The notes beneath the pieces were generated by a model that was not told where the DNA came from, did not search any database, and saw only the letters and a list, made by a program, of their open reading frames with translations. The position numbers were made by a program, and so were the translations under genes. Shown in pieces: positions 26,019 through 37,203 of a stretch of 64,000 nt of DNA. This DNA is from Takakia lepidozioides. Taxonomy: Eukaryota; Plantae; Bryophyta. The DNA lies in contig CM060734.1 of NCBI GenBank assembly GCA_030704615.1, forward strand, positions 45,446,001-45,510,000, written 5' to 3'. Within the stretch, counting starts at the first letter, position 1, and every line of letters begins with the position of its first letter.

Positions 26019-28474
26019 TGTGATTTCATGCCAGACAATTTCTTCTTCACCACATGCTTTTTGAAAGCTGATGCGTAGCCTGTTCGCATTTTCAAGTTCT
26101 GCACAATCTCCAGAAAGACTTGTAACTCAGCCTCAGTGAGGACATAAGGGGCAGGAGGCATAATTAACGTATCTGCTCTATCAGGATCACGTTGTAGCCA
26201 CAATTCCGGGCGCATCCCAAGTAGCTCCAAATCACGGCGAACTTTCAATGTGTCTTTCTCACCAAAGATAGTTTTAATAATATTTTCAGCCAAGTTCTTC
26301 TCGCAATGCATTGCGTCAAACGTGTGGTGGATGAGGAGACCCTACAAAATGAACACATAAGCAATTGAGCATTTACTCATCACAATTTAAACAGAAAACG
26401 CAAAAATGTACACATCCAATTTAAAGGCCATGAAGGAATTACCTCCCAATAAGGTAAGACATATAAAATTGACAATCGCTTAACTCCATGAGTTTTTGCT
26501 GGGTCTGTCCTGCTATCTGGCGTCCCTCCGTTTTCCACCCATGTAGTGCGAGCTATTGCAAGCTCCTTGATTTGTGTTCCAGTATGCGTTTTTGAATGAG
26601 TTCCATGCTCAGTAGCGCCATTGAACATTCTTGACCTTCTATATGGATGATTGCGGGCCAGAAATCTTCGGTGGCCTAGGAAACCAGTTTTCCCACATGT
26701 GTGTAACTGCTGTGAAGTCACACCGGGTCCACAAGCTGGACAACCAGCATAACCTTTCGTCACTTGACCTGAGAGCAAGCCATATGCAGGGTAGTCATGG
26801 ATTGACCACATCAACCCTGCCCTCAGTGTGAATTCGTGTTGACCACGAGGACGGGAAACATCATGAGCTGCAATCCCTCTCCATAGTTCCAGTAGCTCTT
26901 CCACTAGGGGCATCAGGTAAACATCTACGTTGTCCGAGGTAACAGACTTTTTGGTCATTAACCACGGAGGCAGATTGTAATTGACCAAGAGAACGGGCCA
27001 TGTGCTCCAACTGGTGGATTGAGCTCCATAGGGATTTACACCGTCTAAGGCCAATCCAAATTGAAGAGATCGTGGCTTTGCAGCAAAATCCTCAAATGTG
27101 GTGTCAATGTGTCTCCATGATTTGCTATCAGCTGGATGTCGAACCAACCCATCCTGGCTCTTATGTCTGTCATGCCATGTCATGAGGTTAGCGATTGATT
27201 TACATCGGTACATACGTTTCAACCTTGGAATGACAGGGAAGTGTCGCAATACTTTCTTGGGCACACTTCCACGACCTGGAATGTAACGGGAACTGCGGCA
27301 CACTAGGCAAATGTCTACATTCTCATACTCCCCACGGAAGAGTACACAACCACGCTCACAGGCATGAATCATGGTGTACTGCAATCCTATCTTGGCAATC
27401 ATGGTTTTTGCTTCATAGTGAGTTTTCGGCAATGAATTCTCTTTAGGCAAAAAACTCTTACGCAACAATCCCAGAAGCTCATCCACAAATGCATTGGTGC
27501 ACTTGTGGGTAGTGCATGCATTCAGCAACGTCAAAGTTGCTTGCAGACGACTGATCAAACACCCTTCAAAAAGTGGACATTGCGACTGTCGGAAGAGTTT
27601 ATCATACTCAGGATCAACGTGCAGGTGAGCATTCTCATCAAATTCATTGTCTCCAGAATCGTCGAGGTCATCGTCATGATCGACAAATGTGTGATCGGTT
27701 CCACCATGAATGGGGTCCTCTCTGTTTGCATCTACAAAGATTAACGCTTCTTGCAATGCACGCTGGATTTTTACCTCCAATCCACCACCCTCATCTGCGT
27801 TCTCTGTGACATTGGGCTCCCGCTGTGCCGCAGGGCCTTCATCTTCATCATCTGAATATTCACATCCTTGCACCCCAATAGTCATCTTGTGAGTGGACCA
27901 ACAACGATGTGACACTTGTTCATATTATGACATGGGAGGCACGGTGACGTTGGAGTGATGCAGTCATATTTACGTATGTATCTTATGAATATACACCCAA
28001 TCAAAACACGACATTTGTAGCCATTGAAGTCTTAGTTGCAGTCATTTAGTTAGACATATATGACTACATGACTACACATGACCAATGAAAACACGACATG
28101 TGCATTAATTAAAGTGATAACGGAAGTGACGTAGTCATAGTCACGTCTGTATCTTATGACTTCTTGACTACAATCACCCAACGAAATGTCGACATGTGGA
28201 GAAGAGGATCGTTGCATTCAAAATTCAAACTAAAGTGCTGAAGGGAAAGTGACGATCGTACCGGAAGAGAATAGCGTTGGAGAAGATGATCCCTCCCGTG
28301 TATCATGTAATGATTCCTCAATGTTTCCAACAACAGTAGTTTTCCTCCATGACACTCATCGCAGTTGCATAGCATTTTTGTATGCCCATTCCTTGTGGCA
28401 TAAGCTTCTTCCATTCGCCATAGACGGTCATCTATTCTACGCCTACGCATCCGGTCGCCACCTGCACTGTACAT
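26019..28474 (-). pseudogene. CACTA transposase 5' half (Zn-associated N-terminus and Transposase_21/Tnp2 catalytic domain)
   Basis: Exons ~28474-28262 (MLCNCDEC), ~27915-26443 (IHACERGCVLF, RHPADSKSW, LALDGVNPY, WSIHDYPAYG, LPYWE) and 26341-26019 (DAMHCEKN...LSGMKS). Confidence 0.92.
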
Positions 28475-28524
28475 GCTTTGAACGTCACCCCTTCCCTCCA
28501 GCCCACACTAAGTTGGTTTTCTAG

Positions 28525-28878
28525 TGGGATGCCCTTCACTGTGACGAGGATCCAGTCCTCCCATGCCGTAAGGGGTCTGATTCAAAGCCATTATATTTCA
28601 AGAACTTGTTTAGAGTGTGGGCAGACTGGCCAGAATTGACTTATGAGGACACTGTTCTTGTTGACGATACACCAAGAAAGGCGGCAAACAATCCTCCCTT
28701 CAGTGGGATTTTTCCAGAGCCATGGAAAGTGCAACCAGATTCACCAATTGATGAGTATCTAACAGAGGTGTTGTGGCATTTCTTGTGGAAGACATCGAAA
28801 GCTGCCAGTATTCCCAAGTTTTTGGAGTCTCAGCCTGTTTTCGGACAACAACCATACAACACTGCTACTGTGAAGGTA
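28525..28878 (+). pseudogene. FCP1/NIF-like HAD phosphatase domain fragment inside CACTA-2
   Basis: WDALHC...KPLYFKNLFRVW...DTVLVDDTPRKAANNPPFSGIFP resembles the C-terminal half of FCP1-homology domains. AG acceptor at 28523-28524 and probable GT donor after VK. The DxDxT motif is absent. Confidence 0.65.
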
Positions 28879-29340
28879 CAAACATTCTAACAGTGCTCCA
28901 GAGGCTACAAGTTTTGTGGGTTCATTCATTGCATTGCTTTCCTGGATGCTTCTCCTCGGTTGCTTGATTAATGCTAGGTTTTCTTTGCAAGTTTTCATGT
29001 TGGCTTTTTTTGTTTGATTCATACTTGGATTTTGTTTCTATTCACTATTCCTGTTTGCTCATTGCTTTCCTGGTTGTTCTCTGGTCTGTGACACAAGAAC
29101 TTGTGACAAACAAAGGTGATATTGTCGACAAGCCGGTACAGACCAGAGGCAAGAGTGTCGACCCGGCGAGTAGCCCCCCAAAAGAGGTCTCACAACCACT
29201 CGAGACTGCAAATGGAGTAAGTCCAGGCCCTTGTCTTGTTTGTTTTATTTTTTCCAACCTTGGGGCTCTCTTTAATTTGCAAATGTTGAGTGTTCTAGTC
29301 GTGTGTATGTGATGGGTTTTCACATCAAGTTCTTTTTTGT

Positions 29341-29640
29341 GTGGAGTTGGGATCACAGTTCAGGGCGGGTGACGAGGTTCGGCTGTTGGATGTGAACTCC
29401 AAACGCAAGAAAGTTGGAGTAGGGCTGATTGTTGCTCTTCAAGGTGCTGTGGTGGGTTACGGGTACCCTGCTGTGCCCCTTGATTATGCCTGTGTGTACA
29501 TCAAAGAGGCATGTGTCAGTAACACCCCTCTACCATATGTGAATGGTGTTAGGAAACATACCGAGTTGGGGCAGGTGGTTGGCCAGATAACACTTTGGAG
29601 TCTAAAGTTACTGAAACTTATGGAGCTGCAGAAGGGATAG
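29341..29640 (+). CDS. Tnp1/TnpA-like (CACTA ORF2) C-terminal domain exon
   Basis: GDEVRLL...KVGVGLI...VPLDYACVYI...TPLPY...LGQVVGQITLW follows the pattern of En/Spm Tnp1-like domains, and lies just inside the right end of the element. Confidence 0.6.
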   Translation: MELGSQFRAGDEVRLLDVNSKRKKVGVGLIVALQGAVVGYGYPAVPLDYACVYIKEACVSNTPLPYVNGVRKHTELGQVVGQITLWSLKLLKLMELQKG

Positions 29641-32600
29641 TCAGTACTGCACTGTTTAACATAGTTCTTGATTCTAATAGCACCAGAACATACTAGCTAC
29701 AACAATTCATCCCATGTGTGGGCTTGCTTGTTTTTTGCTGGGCCTTTTGAGGCATGGATTTTTTGACCTTGTGGCTTTTGAGGTGTCCATTGGGACATTG
29801 GTCTCATTTGGATTTTTGTAATGTGATTTATAGGGCTTGTATTCCCCTGTAGTTGACTATTTTCATTCTCCTTGTGGTTGATAGTATGCAGGAGGGATCC
29901 ATTCTGTTTTCATGTTGGAATTTCACCATGTAATGAAGAATTTAAATCATTTAATCCACTTTTATTTTAAATAATAATATTAAAAATAATACCATTTAAT
30001 AAAATTTTCCAAGGCTGCAATCCCCTGTTCTTTTAAATATTAAATAAAAACTAAAAATTAAAATATAAACATTAAAAATATAAACTATTTCGGAAAACAA
30101 TCTTGATGACACGTGACATCACACCTGCTCAAACCAGAACACGTGGCAGTATATGACACGACATTATTTATCCATATTTTCACCACGTGTAAAGATCCGT
30201 AGTCATATATGCTAGTCATATATTTTGTCTGTGTGCCACATGTCACATCTTAAGTGCAACAGGTGTCCCGCTAACAACTCTCCATGTAGACATCCCTGTA
30301 GTCATATGAGCGAGTCATGTAGTCACCACGTGTGAAATCTGCCATAGCACATGTGTCCCGTTAGCGCCTCTCCATGTAGGCATCACTGTGCAGACATGTA
30401 GTTATATGATCATGGCAAGAAGTCGTGACATGTCAAATTCGCAGTGGCGCACGTATCCATCCGTCACCTCTCCATGTAGGCATCACTTTGCAGACATATT
30501 GTCATATGATCCCCTGACGAATGCATGACGTGTCGCTTGCGTAGTGGCGCACGTGTCTCGCTGAAGCCTCTCCTTGTAGACAGCGCTCAACAGACAATGT
30601 AGTCATATATTAGTCATATAGTGGTGACTGCAACCCTCTCTGCAGCAAGACTGCAGGTGCCACACAAGCAGTCACGGATATGACTTGCAAAACGCAGTCC
30701 TAAAGACTAGTCGCTATGACAGGGTTTTTTTCACTACAGAGTGATGTAGTCATGAACGCATATAAGAGTGAAAAATAGTCATATGTGAAGTCATAAAAAC
30801 GCTCATCTGTTGTAGTGATTGAATGTGGAGTCTTCACCTTGAAGCTAACTTGGCTGACATCATCGTTGTGACGTCTTATTGACGTATAGCTCGGGGCTTA
30901 GCTGGATATCGTTGATGAAATTCTTGGACTTTGTCAGATGCATTGGCGAGGTTGGATGAAGGTTCCCACGTTCGTTCGCTGATGTCGTAGCCTTTCCAAT
31001 ATACGAAATACTCAAGACGTTTATACTTGATGCGAGAGTCTAGGACTTCGTCGACTTCATACTCAATTTCCTGATTGACTTCGATTGGTGGAGGTGGTAC
31101 GGAGACTCTCCCTGGAATATTCGATGGATGATACAACTCAAATAATGAAACATGAAAGACTGGATGGATGCGCATACTTCGTGGGAGTTCAAGCCGAAAA
31201 CTGATCGGATTTATTTGTCGAATAATTTTGAATGGGCCCAAAGGTTGATAATCCAACTTCTTTGATGGTCGCGAGGTTTGTATGTCTCGTCGAAGAAGCT
31301 ACACACGATCTCCGACCTTGAACAAGGGTTGGAGTTGGCGACGTTGATCTGCGTACTCCTTGTATTGTTTTTGAGCTTCTGCGAGGTGGTAAGCTCTTTG
31401 TGAATCGTAGCAAGATGAGTAGCAAGGTTTTCTACAGCAGGGCTTCCAACAGTCTTCATGTGGAAAGGGTTTGCTCGAGGATGATGACCATAATTGGAGA
31501 AAAATGGAGTTTGCTGGGTCGAAGAATGTATAGTGTTGTTGTAGGCAAACTCAACCAATGACAGAAGGTCCGTCCAATTATCTTGGTGATAATTTATCGT
31601 ACAGCGAAGATACTGCTCCAAAATCTTGTTTACACGTTCGGTTTGACCATCAGTCTGTGGATGATTAGTTATAGAAAGATTGATCTTAGTATCCAATATG
31701 TGAAATAATCCCCTCCAGAAATTTGATATGAACTGTGGTCCTCGATCAGATATGTCCTTCGGAAGTCCATGAATGCGGTAAATATTATTGAGGAAGAGTC
31801 TTGCAGTTTCCTCGTCGGTAACCGTCTTATTACATGGAATGAAATGTGTCATCTTCGTAAAACGATCTACAATAACAAGGATTCAATCGGTGGTCTTGGA
31901 AATCGGAAGGTCCGTAATAAAGTCCATAGACACGGACGACCATGGACCCTTGGGAATGGTTAATGGTTGAAGAAGGCCGTAAGGTTGATGTCGGGGTCTC
32001 TTCGCTCTAGCACACGTGTCGCAAGATTTTATAAATTCTTTCACGAGTTTCCACAGCTGCGGCCACCAATAGTCCCTGGATATCAATTCCATTGTTTTGT
32101 CTAAGCCGAAATGTCCTACAGCCGGAAGATCATGACATATTTGAAGAATTCGAAGTCGTGTAGGTCCTGGAGGTACATAGAGAACTCCCTTGAAATTAAG
32201 TAAGTCATCTTTGAACTCGAAGTCGTTTGTAACATGTGGATTGTCTCGATGTCGATTTAGTTGACTTCGTAGTGTCATATCGAATTGGTCGCTCTTCAGT
32301 GCTTCATGAATCTCCTTTATGATCTCTACATCGTCATAGGTGGACATGGATAACATATTCAATTGGAGATTTGCTGGTTTCAAGATGATGGATTTCTGTT
32401 GGTCAAAAGCTGCATCTCCTTCCTTTGGCGCAAGATACGATCGTCGAAAAAGAGCATCTAGTTTTCCTTGAAGATGTCCGGGACGGTAGGTAATAACAAA
32501 ATCAAACCTTGCTAGTGACATACTTCATCTTGCTTGACGTCGATTCAAAACACGAGCACTCATAAAATACTCGAGGTTTTTGTGATCGGTATAGACAGTG

Positions 32601-34334
32601 ACATGATGTTGAGCTCTCTCCAATAGATGACGCCACTCCTCAAAAACATCGATAATCGCTAGAAGTTCTTTGTCATGGATTTCATAATTGATCTCCGCAG
32701 CGGAAAATTTGCGAGAACGAAAACCAACAGGGTGAAGTCGGCCATCTGTACCGTATTGAGAGAGTATCGCGCCAAGTGCAAAGTCCAATGCATCTGCTTC
32801 CAAAAAGAATGGTTTAGATGGGTCTGCATGTACCAGTATTGGAGCCATTGTAAATGTCTGCTTCAGTCTTTCAAATGCTTGGTCAGCCTTCTCGTCCCAT
32901 ACAAATTTGTCCTTCCCTGTGAGTCGTGTCATTGGCGCAGCAATTTTGGAGTAGTCCTTGATGAAGATTCTATAGAAATTTGCAAATCCTAGAAAACATT
33001 GTACATCTCGGACCGAAGTTGGTTTAACCCACTCGATGATGGTTTGTATTTTCTTTTGATCCATAAAGACTTATTTGTCGGAAATAATGTAGCCCAAAAA
33101 TTCGACTTCAGATTGGTGGAATTTTTTTTTTTCCAACTTGACATATAGTCTTTTTTCCCTCAATTTATCAAGGACAAGACGTACATCGACCATGTTCTTC
33201 TTCATAATGTGAAAATATCAAAATATCGTCCAAATAGATGATTACAAAGTCATCTAAAAATTCTCGAAAGATGTCATTAATCATGTGTTGAAAAATTGCT
33301 GGAGCATTTGTAAGACCGAAAGACAAAACACTGTATTCAAAATGTCCGTATCTTGTGCGAAAAACAGTCTTCTATTCGTCTCTTTCTTTTATTCGTACAA
33401 GGTTGTAAGCTCCTCTCAAGTCGATCATTGTGAAAAAATTTGCTCGTCCAAGTTGTTCGAGGAGTCCGGAAATCAACGGTAGTGGGTAACGATTTTTTAT
33501 AGTGACTTTGTTGAGCCCACGATAGTCCACACACATGCGTAACGATCCGTCCTTCTTCTTCACAAATAAGATATGTGCTCCCGCGGGTGATTTCGAATGT
33601 TGAATGAAATTCTTTGACAAATTTTCATCAATGTATTCGCGTAAAGCAGCCAGCTCCGTCTGAGATAAATTGTAGATTGGGCCGAATGGTGGTTGAGCTC
33701 TTTCTTGCAACTCAATTGCACAATCATAAGGTCGATGTTCTGACAACATATCTGCATTTTTCTTCTCAAAGACATCCTTGAAATCTTGATACTGAGTGGG
33801 TAATGTCGAAGTACCTTGGTCTGTTGTGGTTTTGATCGGAGTCGCATAAAGTGAAAATGTCGCGTCTTTCTTCGTAACTCTCATGAAGGCTCTAGCTCCA
33901 AGAAACAGGGGTTGAATACCTTTGGTACTTTTGCATTTTTGTCTTGTCGAAATTTTTCGTGATCGCCAGTCGATGTCAGGATTATGAAGTACAAACCAGG
34001 GAAGTCCAAGGATCACATGATTCGTTGGAGACTGGATGACATTGAAAACAATTTGTGATGCTTGATTTTTAAGCTTTACTTCAAGGGGTCGAGTTTCATG
34101 GTCAACATTTCCTGATGCTAACGGTCGTCCATCGATGACCTGTTGTCTTTCTTACGAGCGTTAAATTGTGTTGCTTCGCAAAGTCTTTGTCAATAAAACA
34201 CGTTGAAGCGCCCGAGTCCAAAAGTGCTTTTACGGAGATATCTCGATTTTGCATCTTGATCTTTACTGGAACTGTGAAACAAGGTACAAGGTCTGGAGGT
34301 AGAAAAAGACTTTTTTTTTGTGATGAATTTGGGG

Positions 34335-34380
34335 TGTCCAGCTGCATGGTCTCTACTGTGACTGGACATCTTCGTTTTCC
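34335..34380 (-). promoter_or_regulatory. putative -1 ribosomal frameshift signal at the gag/pol junction
   Basis: G_GAA_AAC (34380-34374) in the gag frame, 5-nt spacer, then stem TGTCCAG/CTGGACA spanning the gag stop. The pol ORF (34102-34482) is in the -1 frame. Confidence 0.7.
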
Positions 34381-35301
34381 GACCTCCTCGTATCGAACAC
34401 TTGAGTGGTGCCCCGAGCTTTGAATCTTCTCTTGTTGGGGCAGTTTAATGCCATGTGACCTTTTTCTCCGCAATAAAGACATAATCCATTCGAGCGCCGT
34501 CTTTGTTTTTCATGTGGCGTCAATGGCTTGAATCGGACAGCATCAATCTGCATAGGATCACTACCGGATGTCTGATGGATCGTTGTATTTGGTGCCGTAG
34601 TAGCAGCGGCATGGTGCGTCGTCGACCATCCAGATCACTTTTCTTGACGTCTTTCGAACAAACGATTATCGCATGCAATGACTTGGGTGATGAATTCGCT
34701 CAGTGTACTCACGTTTGGCATTGTCAGCAACAAATCTTTAACATCATCTCTTAAGCCACATCGAAACTGACTAATAAGACTCTTATCATTCCAGTCAAGA
34801 TCGCACACAAATTGTCGAAATTCGGCAGCGTAAACAGAAGCTGGACGTGCTCCTTGTCGAAGATTTCACATCTTTGTCTCTGCAACTCTCTCTCTATCAT
34901 TCTCTCCAAACGTTGCAGTGAACTCGGACATAAACGCTTCAAAATTGTATAGTAAATGCGAATTTTTCTCTAATAGTGGTGCAAACCAAGATAGGATGCC
35001 TGATAGAAGGGTGCCCACGAAACCCACTTGAATACCTTCATCATAGTAGCGTTGTGGATATAGTCATAGGAACAATCGTACTTGTTGAACAAAACTGCGA
35101 AATCTTGATCTCGTCCCATCAAATTTCTCGGGCATACTGATCTTTGGTTCCCTTGTAATCTATTGAAGATTTGGAGAAACTATTCCAGTAGGCCATTTTC
35201 AGGCCCCAAAACGTAAATGAAAGATCTAAGATATTTTTTGCAGGTCGTAGCTTTTGTTTTTTTTTTAATTTAATTTTTTGTATCATACTCGAGACAAATC
35301 C

Positions 35302-35595
35302 CTACTGGCTATTAAGAAGCTTCCCTAATAAGCTTCCCTTATGGAGGTTTCTTGCTGGAGAAGTTTTCAAGATTAAACAAAGGAGGTATCTTGATGGAGA
35401 AGTTTCCTCCAAATGAAGCTTCCTAAGTAGTTTCCCAAGTTACTCTTGGTAATTTGGTAAACTCCCAGTAACTTGGTAAGTAATGATAAATTATGATAGA
35501 TCATGGTAAATATCGGTAAGTCATGATAACTTCTGGTAATATGGTAACTTTTGGTATTTACTCCTGGTAAGTTTCTCTGGGCTATGTCCGTGATA
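35302..35595 (-). repeat. LTR 3 (partial 5' LTR)
   Basis: Matches the right part of LTR 2. The left part, the PBS and the gag N-terminus are replaced by ~120 bp of unrelated sequence. Confidence 0.88.
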
Positions 35596-36388
35596 CCATG
35601 GTTCATTCGTTGCACAACCAAGCTATTATTGCATTAGGTGTTTGCTTGCTCTTGCTTTGGCTATTGCGGGGTAGGCTTGAAGAAAATCACTGCTCATGTT
35701 GGACCCACTGCTAGCTAAAATTAAAAGTGGTGACCACATCATCTTGGATTTTGGTCCCAAGGTCTAAAATTGTTGATGTATATATATATTTTAAATTTAA
35801 TCAAAATTGTTGATGTATATATATATTTTAAATTTAATCAAAATTATTATATTGTATAATATTGGGTGTGTTTGATACTATCATCATGATTTTAAAACTT
35901 CTTAAATTATCTTGAAAATCCAATATACAATATATTTTTCTATCCTCAAATATGTTTTTAGTCAATTCTACGTTGAATGAATAAATGATATGGCAAAACA
36001 AGTTTATATTCCATCTTCAGCACAATTAGTGACAATCATGTAACTTAACACCATAATTTGTTTGTCGAAAGTAAACAACGTCAACATCTTTGACATCAAC
36101 TTTGGAACTTAGTAATAAAAACAAAGGAATAAGTTTTAAGGAAATGCAGACATATGTCATTTACCTAAGCCTATTTTGAAAGAGTAAGAACAGTGTTTTA
36201 TTTTTCTTGTGGAAAATTGCCATATTTTGATAGTGGTATTTCAATTGGCCCGTGGTTGTAGTGCAGTAATCTACACTTTATCATTGAAACTTTTGTTTGA
36301 AACTGAAACTGTAAAACTTAATCCTAGTTGAGAATTTACTCATAGCATTTACTTGCTCCTTCTGTCCCCATTCTTATCCAGTGTGTTT

Positions 36389-37158
36389 GTGTTTTTTTTT
36401 GTTTTTCAAAATCCTCGTAGTGGCATGTAAATCTACCTAGCACCTATGCGACGAGAATAACGAAGTGGCAGGGTTAAACAAATGGCTATATAACTGGTGG
36501 CACGTTTTAACAGGTCCGTCCACGTAGGTGAAATCAAGCTCCTGAAATTCAACTACTGGCGTTTCTGGCGATTTTTTTAAAATTTTCTCCCTCATAATTA
36601 TTTTTATTTTTATTTAATAAAAGGGATCAAGCCCATTTATTTATTATTTTGTACAAGTAGCCTTATCAATGAGGATAGGAAGGTGAAATGTCAGACATTG
36701 CAGTTTTGCACTTTATACGAAGAGTTTCCAATTCTTGAACTAATAACAAAAAACTCCCAAATATCATATGGTACCACATTAAAAAAAATCTCTCTTATCT
36801 ATGATTTTGCACTTCTCTCAACAGTATTCCAATATGTACTTTGCCAATGTTTGTTTCATCACATTCTTCCACTTAGATTTACAGACTTAATACAACACAA
36901 AAAAAACCTGAAAAACATGATCCAATTTGTGTACTCGAGGTAGTTATTTGGAAAGTAAGGAAGAATGAAAAGAAATAAGACTTTGCTGAAGCAAGCATAA
37001 CTTATGGTGCCACTTCATCCCGAAGGTCTACTACCTTAAAGAGCCTTACAACCAGCCTCATCAAGGGTAGCAGGGGAGCGAAGAGTAAGATGACCAGGGG
37101 GGGGGTGGGGCTGGGCACTCCCTATATCTTTTATATATCTCCTACGAAATTGTATGTG

Positions 37159-37203
<45 letters not shown>

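Larger units (their letters stand above)
20318..30817. mobile_element. CACTA (En/Spm) element 2, rearranged, with captured host fragments
   Basis: CACTACAA...TTGTAGTG termini; TSD ATT at 20315-20317 and 30818-30820. Termini are homologous to CACTA-1. The empty site is recognisable in gypsy copy A at ~12371-12390. Confidence 0.96.
19143..35595 (-). mobile_element. Ty3/gypsy chromovirus copy B (Tcn1-like), near full length but degenerate, interrupted by CACTA-2
   Basis: 3' LTR 19143-19765 with PPT. Chromodomain 30876-31100, integrase ~31200-32150, RNase H 32525-33064, RT with YLDD at 33225-33236, protease LLDSGAS (~34205-34225), gag with CX2CX4HX4C (CLYCGEKGHMALNC), partial 5' LTR ~35302-35595. 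Multiple stops and frameshifts. Confidence 0.95.

Noticed and set aside
37161-37202. 42-nt poly(T) as a terminator or separate retrocopy tail
   Set aside because: No associated TSD or element body was identified, and the homopolymer length may be unreliable.
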